DNA of 63,347 nt, the filler included, from Octopus bimaculoides (taxonomy: Eukaryota), in NCBI RefSeq assembly GCF_001194135.2. It is 6 parts of 5 records of this genome, joined end to end, with 100 filler letters (N's around TTAATTAATTAA, not from the genome) between each part and the next. Parts side by side here need not be neighbours in the genome. Positions count along the whole stretch, not along the records: positions 1 to 29,467 come from NC_068993.1; 5 more parts are not named here. The stretch is one strand, 5' to 3'. Positions 1-9,400 of the stretch are shown here, piece after piece. Position numbers and translations under genes: made by a program. A model generated the notes under the pieces. That model did no database searches and was not told the DNA's origin. It worked only from the letters and a program-made list of their open reading frames with translations. Every line of letters begins with the position of its first letter. Position 1 is the stretch's first letter.

Positions 1-321
1 TAGAACTGTTTTTGGTGAACTAGCAAGTTGGACAGAGCTGCTCTTCTTTCTGCTTCTCGCCGTGATGTCGGTTCACCTGGTGCTTAAGAGAAACAAATTT
101 CTAAATGTTCTTTGAGAACATCCTTATTTACACTCGCAGATCTCTGAAATTGTTTTGGCAGTGGGCTCTCGAAACCTAACTTGTTACTCTAGATAGAAAA
201 GTTTCTTACTCTAGACGGAGAGAGATAATCTGTGGTTCTATGTGGTGACACACAGTTCGGTGGATTTCATAGCTTTCAATGCAAAAGTTGGATGCTAGCC
301 CTTCCATATATATATATATAT

Positions 322-375
<54 letters not shown>

Positions 376-1532
376 ATAACGATTGTATGCACCGAATAGA
401 TGACAGGAAGAAAGTATATAATTGTACTGGACAACAATCTTAAAAAAAATTTCTGATGCATGAAATTTTTTGCTGTTTATAACTGTCTTTTCTGTGCTAA
501 CTTCAAATCTGTAATCGGTTTTGCTCTCCATTCTCAGTTTTCTTGCAATTTGAAGATTAACTTTTTATACATTTGTAGTTAAATTTGACATACTGAGATA
601 CATATATCCTACTTACAAAGAATTGACAATAGTGTTTTCCAGATCTGATTATAACTTCTTCAAGCAGACACAGATGTGTAAATAATCCTGATAGCTTCTG
701 CTATGTTTGTGGTTCCTTCACAATTATTCGTCAAATTTGCAATATCACATTGAGACAGGCTTACAAATTCCCCTAGGTGACCAAGACAAAAAATGCCCCC
801 CCCCCCTCATGTTGCGTGTCATAAATATGAGGAAATGCTTTGTGCTGAACAAAAGGAAAACGAAAGGGCCTGCCGTTTGAAGTTCCTATGATTTGGCGAG
901 AGCCCAGGGACCATACAAATGACTGTTATTTTCATATGATCAACACAAAAGGTATTGACAAGAAAAATAGACATGAAATATCTTATCCCAATATTCCTTC
1001 TGGAATTAGACCTATTACGCACTCTGAGACATTTCCAACTCCAGTTTTCCTTGGGTTTCCGAAGACGTAACTAGAAAAGAAGAGTACAAAGATCAAAAAA
1101 TCACTTCAGAATTCCAAGACCTCTCTTATGGTATCGAAAAATCAACTCCTCAGCAGTTTAGCCAAACAGAAATGAATGATTTAGTGCGTGATTTGGGGTT
1201 CTCCAAGACTACAACTGAAGTTCTAATGTCCAGGCTGCAAGAAAAATATCTGCTAGACCAAACTGCAAAGTCTCTTGTCTTTGAAAACGAAACCAGATTT
1301 TTTTGTCATTTTTTCAGAAGAGAACCATTTTGTTCACTTCAACGATACTCTCAGCCTTCTCCAGGAGTTAGGAATCCTCTTGTACAGTTCAACTGACTGG
1401 CAGTTATTTCTTGATAGTTCTAAGTGCAGCCTAATGTGTGTTCTCCTACACAATGGCAATGTTTATGGAGCTGTCCCAAATGGTCACTCGGTGCGTTTGC
1501 AAGAAGAATACAATGACATAAAAATGGCCCGT

Positions 1533-1839
1533 GGGCATATGGCATATTGGTTAAGAGCGCAGATTACTAACCCCAAGATTCCGAGTTCGATTCCAAGCAG
1601 TGACCTGAACAACAATAACAACAACAACAACAACAATAATAATAACAACAACAGCAACATCGAAAAATACCTTAGGAATGAGAACCCAGGTTCGAAATTT
1701 CTCCAAAACACCCGAAGAACGCTGGAGGGTATATCAGCCGAAACGTTGTGTTAACACAAACAAGATGAGGACAAATATCCATCGTATGTAAATAATGTAA
1801 ATAATGTACATAATTCCTCATCTCTTAAATATAGAACTG
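1533..1839 (+). mobile_element. tRNA-derived SINE with (AAC/AAT)n body and Penelope-type tail, inserted in the Chapaev3-like element
   Basis: A box TGGCATATTGG (1540-1550), B box GAGTTCGATTCC (1583-1594), triplet repeat at about 1608-1658, hammerhead-like motif at 1707-1752, GTAAATAAT tandem repeats near the 3' end. Confidence 0.8.
1707..1752 (+). ncRNA. Minimal type I hammerhead ribozyme motif in the SINE (mutated copy)
   Basis: Stem I AACAC/GTGTT; core CCGAAGA (CUGANGA with U4 to C); stem II GCTG/CAGC; GAAA; palindromic ACGT stem III; cleavage triplet GUU. Confidence 0.65.
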
Positions 1840-2829
1840 ATTGTTAATGTTTTCAATATACAGTCTCTGCATTTCTTGGTTTGTCATTCGAGAAGCTCAA
1901 AGCATGTGTGCTTGGCGGACCTCAGATTCGCGCCTTTGTACGTGATGAGGAATTTGTCGGAAAGATGAATGACGAGGAAAGAGCAGCATGGTTGTCATTC
2001 GTAGCAGTCATAAAAAAGATTTTTTTTTCGAAACAGAAAAGCAGATGACAATGAAATTATTGTAAATAATATGCTGTCAGCTTTCCATTATCTTGGGTGT
2101 AACACGAGTGTTAAACTCCATTTTCTGCATAGTCAGCTTGATCAATTCCCTGAAAATCTTGGAGATGTAAGTGATGAACATGGAGATCGCTTCCGCCAAA
2201 ACCTCAGAACCATGGAAGATCGTTATCAAGGGCGATGGGATGAAAATATGATGGCAGATTACTGAGGGAGCATCAAATAAGATTTTCCTGAGAAAGTCTA
2301 CAAATGCAAGAGCTCCAAGCGCAAATTCTTGCCCGAATAAGATCTACTTGTGTTTTATCTTCCATCCTAATCAGTTTCTCAACTATGTACACCTATCATT
2401 TGTATATAACATATTTTCAACTGAAACCAGATGGCAAAAACAGAAAAAAATTGGCTCATGATAACATTTATTTTACTCAGAATCGGAATAAGAAATATTA
2501 TTTTTATAGCCTAATTCTTATTGTGGTGTACTAACTCGTATATATGAATAAAGTTAGAATCTTAATACATAGATATTTGTTCTTTTCCACCTAGTTTGAA
2601 GATAGCACAACTAAAAAAGTATCTGATGGATTACATCTTATCTCAGGAAATATTCGAAATTTGAAAAATATAAAAAAACCTTAATTGTGAAAAATCTAGA
2701 GCTTGCGGAGAAAAAAAACTAACTTCATATTTGAATTCAGCATACTGAAATTAGGTAATACCAATTGTTGGTATCAATGCAACAACAGTTTTGTTGGCCA
2801 GTGTTATTAATTGGTTGAAGTAACCAAAG

Positions 2830-3059
2830 AGAGAGAACCGATTTTGGGTTCAGTATCATATTTTTTCTAATTTGGTCGGGCCAAACAAAGGATTTTCTCT
2901 CTGCAATAAGCCTTGACCCAGGTTTGACTTGAAAAAGTTACAGGTTAACAATTGACTCTCATAAATTTCGTAGAGTAAAATTCAAGAACAATAGGTTGAG
3001 AACTTGTACAATAATATAGATGCTGTTTCGAATCCTGGCTTAGAATCTAGAAAACTTCG

Positions 3060-3102
<43 letters not shown>

Positions 3103-5330
3103 TATCACGGCATACTTTTCGCGTATTCTCTCTAGGGAGTAGAACCTCTGTGCTTTTAGCTTCTCCCTGTTGCAACGAGTGAATCTTCTGTGTAGTAGTG
3201 TTGGATTGTCTCGAGTTCCATTATTATTTTGACACTTTGTGGTGACCACAGTTGGAGGCGCCAATCTAAGATACTGAGATAGTAAAGGCTTTCCATAAGA
3301 GTAGCATTGGTATCCGTTTTCCTTGTTCTGAATGATCCTAGAATCCAACCGGCTACTCGCCTGTACCGTGTTGTCATCTTAAAAATATGCATATAGAATG
3401 ATGCATCATTACTCATGTGGATACCCAGATCACACTCCGACTCTAACTCTGGAATTGCGCTACCCTCTGGTCTTGTAGATTTTGACTGCAATCTGTTTGT
3501 TGTGTTAAAGTGCTTAAAATTCCTCAGCATTGAACGGCATGTTACTTTTATCAGCCCACTTGTATTCTGTATTCCGGTATTTCTCCAGTTTTATGATATC
3601 ATCAGGGTCTTTGGCTGCTTGCGATACTTTTATATCATCAGCATAACTAGGGAGAGCGAGTGACTGTATGACTGAAGGCATATTTGACAGAGCCGCTACA
3701 AACAGTAGTGATCTCAGTACTGTTCCCCGAGAGTCCCCAATTAGTACTGTGTTCTCTCCAGAGAGAGCACCACTGACTTCAACCATTTAAAGATGCTATG
3801 CAGCCCCAAAGCTAGTTTTCCAGTGATATGGAAGTCATGCAGTGTGTAACATATCTAATGATCAACTTTGTCGAAGACCTCGTCGAAGTCGAAATATATC
3901 ACACACTATTTATGTGGCTGAGCTGTGTCAGATAGCTCTCCTTGGACGGAAGTCACGTTGCATGTTAGAGACCAAGCTATTTCTTCTAGGAAAGCAATCA
4001 GCTTCTTTCTGGCAATGCATTTCATGACTTTGCTAACATGTGAAGTCAGAGAGATGGACCTGTAATTTTTAGTATCCTCTCCTTTTCCTCCTTTATGGAT
4101 AGGGCATTTTATTTCCCCTTGTAACATTTTGGGAAGTTTGCAACATGCTAAATATCAGTGGAAAAGTATTTGCAGTGGTTTTGCGAGAGCTCTCTTACAT
4201 ATCTTTAAAAGTACAGCCGGAAATCTATTTGGGTTCGTTGCTGAGTTCGAATTCATCTCATCAATAGCTGATATAACATCCTTTTCCTAAACAAAGGTTA
4301 CATGTTCCTTGTGTGGATGTGGGGTGTTAAAGAACTCATCAAGGCTGCTTGTTTGCATACCTCTCCGTGGGGAAGTGAAAACTCTTTGTAACTGTATATT
4401 TAATATTTCCCTTATCTTCACAGGGTCTGCAATCATTTGACCATTTTCTTCAAACATGGCTCTATCTTTTGGCGTACTGACGCAGATTCTTTTGCAAATT
4501 TGTAAAAAGGCTTTAGGGTTAATTTTTTTATATTTTCAACCGGCCTGATGTCGCTTCCTTCCTTTTCTTTTTCATGGGATGGGGGAGAGTCTGAGTATAT
4601 TTTAGAATATTTTAGAAAGTGGGATTGAGGTGGAATATCTCTCTGTCATTAAGTTATTTACTTGTGTCATATGAAATCTTTATTCTCCGTTTCATAAGGC
4701 CCCTCCTGTTTTGGGGAATGTTTTGTTCCCTCTGGAACAAATTCAATGCATTGGTGACATAAAATATATGAGATTCCTGTCAATGTCTTGCATAGAGAGA
4801 CTTTTGGGTCAATTTTACTTCAAGATCTGTTTTTCAATTGGTTTCCAGTCAGCCTTGTAGAAATCAGATAAATAGGATTTGAGTGCGATCTGTGTGAAAT
4901 ACGTCTTTAATTGGTTTTAGACCAAAGATTGTGATTTCTAAGAGTTATTGTCTGAGAAAACTGTCGGCGATACTTTCACACAGTGGATAAATCTCACGTT
5001 ATGGTTGAAGCAGTGCTATAAGTTGTTCTTCGTCTTGGTTGGGAAGACTATAGTTTGTTTCATAAACATCATTTTCGTGAGATCAAGCAGAATCTGTTTG
5101 ACTGCATTATTTGCGTGTCATTCCCGAGATTATGTCGCCTTCAGGCCATCTGAAGTTTGGCGAAGTTGTCACCCACCAGATAAATACATTAATGTATTTA
5201 TCTAGTTTTGCTAGTATTTCTTTTATCATTTTAAAAGGTTCCTCAAATTTGTCATGATTTGAGGCATCAGGTGGACAATACAATGTGTATATTACCACAC
5301 CAAATAGCTTTAAATGCAGTGAGTGTGTAA
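2830..5330 (-). mobile_element. Decayed CR1-group LINE (endonuclease plus RT)
   Basis: Endonuclease C-terminal remnant (YCPPD...KFEEP...NFRWPEG), PIHKGG...KNYRSISLTSHVSKVM, RT remnant (GTVL..LLF...YADDIK), GWILGSFRTR, LQLWSP, LYSLERIRE. Many stops and frameshifts; (CA)n at 3061-3098. Confidence 0.85.
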
Positions 5331-7087
5331 TAGACCGAGTTTGAATGTAACAACAGGGTTAAGGTGGCGACATTTTCACAAAAGTATATCGCAACTTCAC
5401 CATAATTTCATTCTCTTCTGTGTGTACGAAACACAGTGATTATTGGTTTGTGTATCTCCGCATCATTTACGCATATGCATATCAAAATATCTGTGCATGT
5501 ATGTGTACATGTTTGTGTCTGTATGTGCATATGTTTGTATGTGTACGTTTTTGTGTGTGCGTGCGTGCGCGCGCATATGTGTGTGGTGTGTGCGTATGTG
5601 AGCCTGTGTGTTTGTATATGAGTGTGTGCATATGCGGTACGATAACTCCCATTATTTCTTCAAATTATTTCAATCTTACACAATGGAAACAACTTTTTAA
5701 AAACCCTTTACCCTATGACATCTTAGAGTTACGACTTCTTGTAGTTTTGGTTTAGTGTTACATTTTATAAAAACATAACTTTTATTCTACATACCACACC
5801 CTTCCTTGCAAATCCCTCCTCTTCCACCCGCAGACTTCATACATATGGAATTTGAAATCTTAATTTTTTTTTCTTCTGTTGAGTTCAGTAAGTCAAGGTA
5901 GAGCCAGTGATACACTTTAAACAAGGATCGTTCTTCTCAAGGAATTCATGTTGAGAGCAATTTACTAGAACGAGCTAACCCAAATGACTCAACTCATTCT
6001 CTAATCTCATTACAGTTGTGTGATCATGTTTAGGAAATACACACATGCTTATATAAACACACACATATATGCGCACACATCATTCTGTTATGTCTGGACT
6101 GGTTATTACAATCTGAATCAGTTCTTATCCGGACTAACTGACCTCCTATCTGGGTTGGAGTTCACGTCTTGCTCGTACAGTTTAATTTTGGTTCGGTTTA
6201 TATGGATGGATATCCTTTTTAACACCAACGCTTTATAAAGTATATTGAGTGTATGTTATCAGGGTGCCAACATTAGTGAGGTTGTTATGTTCTCAGCAAG
6301 ACTCAGGAGCCTTCTTGATCTTAAGGTGTCTCTATTCGTTCAAGGAATTATGACGAAAATGAGTGAACAGAAGAGAGCGATGACATCGAAACTTGAGAAA
6401 GTGAGAAGAGCAAGGGCGTGATAGGACAGAGTGGTTGAGGTGTGAGGATGGTAAATGGTGGTGTGATGGAAGAGGTTCAAATTTGGGGTCGAGTAATAGA
6501 AGACAGGCTATGATGGTAGCTACATATTTAGTGAGATTTAGTAGTGGATTTTAATAACGAATGGGCTGTGGGTGAGGAAATGGTTGCCAGTAGCTCAGAA
6601 GTGATGATGGCAGGGTATATCAGTTACAAAAAGAGCCGATGCTATCCTCCATATCTAGCTATCGTGATGGAAGAGTGAGAGGCGAGGTGAATAGGATGGT
6701 GGTAAAAATGCCAACGTTCATTGTGATCAGTGCTATTTCTCGCTATATGGGTGGTATGAGATATGAATAACAGAGAGAAAGCGAGTGTGGAGGGAGGGTG
6801 AGGGGAAAGTATAGTATTATAGAGGTAGTAGGGGCAAGGGATCAAAGAGGATGTATGAAGCCCACCCCGTGTGTGTGTGTGTATGTGTGTGTGTGTGTAT
6901 ATGTGTGTGTGTATGTGTGTGTGTGTGTGTGTAGTTGTGTGCACACACACGCCTTGCATATAATAAAACGCAATGTGTGTACTGTCGGTCATACTAGAGG
7001 GAAGAAAGGGTAAAACAACAGGCGTATCAGGGGTGGGTAAGAGTGACAGATGCTAAAACAGGTGAGAGCATTTAAAGGCTTTGCTCC

Positions 7088-7385
7088 TGTAGTAACGCCG
7101 TGCGCATGCGTAGTCTCACGCATGCGTGGAATTAAACAAGCTGTCTCTCTACGTCTTTCGGACTTACACACGACAGCTCGCTTACAACTACAGAACAACG
7201 TCCCAACAACTATGCTCATACACAACAGAAGCTGTAACAACAAGAACTAAAGATGTATATATTTACCACCTGAATAAAGTGTTGTTTGAGTTGATAGTCT
7301 GGAGTTCAGCGTTCCGTTATATTCTAAGTTTATAGTAGGAAAGTCAGGTATACGTCTAAAGATGTATAACCCAATTTCTACTATA
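7088..7385 (+). mobile_element. Solo LTR with 4-bp target duplication
   Basis: Starts TGTAGTAACG, ends TTCTACTATA, flanked by CTCC at 7084-7087 and 7386-7389. Same family as 33350 and 46097-48257, with an internal deletion of roughly 70 bp. Confidence 0.88.
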
Positions 7386-7576
7386 CTCCGAAGACGCTTA
7401 CATGTTAATCGAGAAAAAAACTGCAAATTTTTTTTTTATCGTAAATTCTATTTACTTTATCAGTTTCTCTTTCCCCCACTCTCTCTCCCTCATACACACT
7501 CACGCTCACACGCACAGACACACACATACACGCGCGCGCACTCACGCACACGAATATATATATATATATGAAATTC

Positions 7577-7848
7577 GGTAATCTTCAAGTTTAGGGGGAT
7601 AAAAAAAATAAATAAAAGTATTCAAGAGAAATAACTGAACGACTTACCAGTATTATCCGTTTTCTTCTAGCTGTTTATAAATAAATCACACCCTAACCCT
7701 AATCCTAACCCTAACCCTAACGCCAATCAAATCACGTGTGTGATTTATTTATAAACAGAGATGTACGGAGAATACTGGTAAGACGTTCAATTACTTCCCT
7801 TGAATATTAAAAGAAATTTTTTTTATCCCCCTAAACTTGAAGATTACC
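7577..7848. mobile_element. Merlin-like foldback MITE with (CCCTAA)n core
   Basis: Long inverted arms beginning GGTAATCTTCAAGTTTAGGGGGATAAAAAA; 9-bp TSD ATGAAATTC (7568-7576, 7849-7857); telomeric-type repeats at 7691-7720. Confidence 0.85.
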
Positions 7849-8002
7849 ATGAAATTCAATATTTAAACACTTTTGTTTTCAAAATACTAACGTTCAGATA
7901 ACGTATACATAAAAGTGAACGATGTGAATAAATATCTCCTCTCCTCTTTGTTATCAAATATATGTATGTATGTATATACATATATATACATACATACATA
8001 CA

Positions 8003-8038
<36 letters not shown>

Positions 8039-8083
8039 TATATATAAGAATAAAAATAAAAAATATATAAAAAAGGGTTTTGT

Positions 8084-9350
8084 ATGATCGTGTATAGAGG
8101 AATATATTATTTAAAAGAGTTCCAACTCTGTCTCTTCCATGCTTTTTCAAGATACCTCGACGATTGCTTTATAATTTGGACAAAATCTCAAAACACTGTG
8201 GAAGAATTCAACACCCTCCTGAACAACCTACACCCATCCATCCAATTTACAAAGGAGATGAGCAGTAGCAAATTACCGCTATTACCACAGATATATATTA
8301 TAAACACACAGATACACACCAATACCTGAATTTTAAATCGTGCCATCCACCCCATACAAAACGTAACATCCCATACTGCTTAGCCAGAAGAATCTGTACT
8401 ATTGTAGAGGATCTAAAGACCAGAAATCAGCGCCTGATGGAACTGAAAGAATTTCTGCTCAAGCAAAAGTNNNNNNNNNNNNNNNNNNNNNNNNNNNNNN
8501 NNNNNNNNNNNNNNNNNNNNNNNNNNNNNNNNNNNNNNNNNNNNNNNNNNNNNNNNNNNNNNNNNNNNNNNNNNNNNNNNNNNNNNNNNNNNNNNNNNNN
8601 NNNNNNNNNNNNNNNNNNNNNNNNNNNNNNNNNNNNNNNNNNNNNNNNNNNNNNNNNNNNNNNNNNNNNNNNNNNNNNNNNNNNNNNNNNNNNNNNNNNN
8701 NNNNNNNNNNNNNNNNNNNNNNNNNNNNNNNNNNNNNNNNNNNNNNNNNNNNNNNNNNNNNNNNNNNNNNNNNNNNNNNNNNNNNNNNNNNNNNNNNNNN
8801 NNNNNNNNNNNNNNCAAATACCACTGAGTAACCATCTGGCAACATGTGGTCGTGAAACTTTTATGATATTTCCATTCCATAAACTTTACAACCTGAATGA
8901 AATTGAGAGAAAACGCAAAGAAAAGGACTTTTATTAAGAAATTCAAACCCACTCTTAACAAACAATGATTAAATTAATCTTACTTGGGGTTTAAAAATCT
9001 TATCCCTATAACTAAAACACAAAAAATCTCTCAAATGTCATCATTTCTAAAAATAAACTTGGCATCATCTCTAAAAATAGCCAAACACCTGCTGCTGCTG
9101 TCCAAAGGAATATGTATAAAAGACAAAAGAACAGCCAGTCTACAACAGTACATCTGTCAGACGGGACTTTGATGACTGTCATGAGGCAGGAAAGTATACT
9201 AGTCCTTATATATTTAATACTCTATATTTAATACTCAATATTTCATATATTCAATAAGACATTCAATACTTCATTCCATTTTACTATTTATATTATATAT
9301 TCCATATTCTATATCTCACATTAATTTCATAAGTATATAAATAAAACAAA
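8084..9350 (+). mobile_element. Penelope-like element, 5'-truncated (RT C-terminus, GIY-YIG end, tail), spans a gap
   Basis: RYLDDCFIIW...LNNLHPSIQFTKE...LP, CHPP...NIPY.LARRICTIV, and after the gap LSNHL..C....F.IFPF...RK.KE..FIKKFKPTLN. Hammerhead motif in the tail. Confidence 0.85.
9164..9205 (+). ncRNA. Minimal hammerhead ribozyme motif in the Penelope-like tail
   Basis: GGAC-TTTGATGA-CTGTC(ATGA)GGCAG-GAAA-GTATAC-T-A-GTCC: stem I GGAC/GTCC, 5-bp stem II with one G-U pair, palindromic stem III, triplet CUA. Confidence 0.75.
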
Positions 9351-9400
9351 AAAAAAAACAGACAGAATTGGAAGTCTTTTAAATAATGTATATATATATA

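Larger units (their letters stand above)
425..2803 (+). mobile_element. Decayed Chapaev3-like (CMC) DNA transposon
   Basis: Frameshifted transposase motifs WREPRDHTNDCYF, MNDLVRDL, DWQLFLDSS..SL..VLLHNGN, GPQIR and LHFLHSQLDQFPENLGDVSDEHG.RF.Q...ME.RYQGRW...MMADY. Termini TACTGGACAACAA (425) and TTGTTGGCCAGTG (2803); flanks ttg/tta fit a 3-bp TWA-type target. The central transposase region is deleted. Confidence 0.8.

Noticed and set aside
1533-1605. Possible tRNA gene
   Set aside because: It has A and B boxes but no proper acceptor or anticodon stem, and it continues into a SINE body.
1275-1754. 159-aa ORF fusing transposase to a poly-Asn tract
   Set aside because: It is a chance in-frame run from a broken transposase into the SINE triplet repeat.
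5900-6790. Possible L1/Tx1 endonuclease remnant on the minus strand (LITMNVG-like)
   Set aside because: Only one weak motif is readable, too degraded to call.
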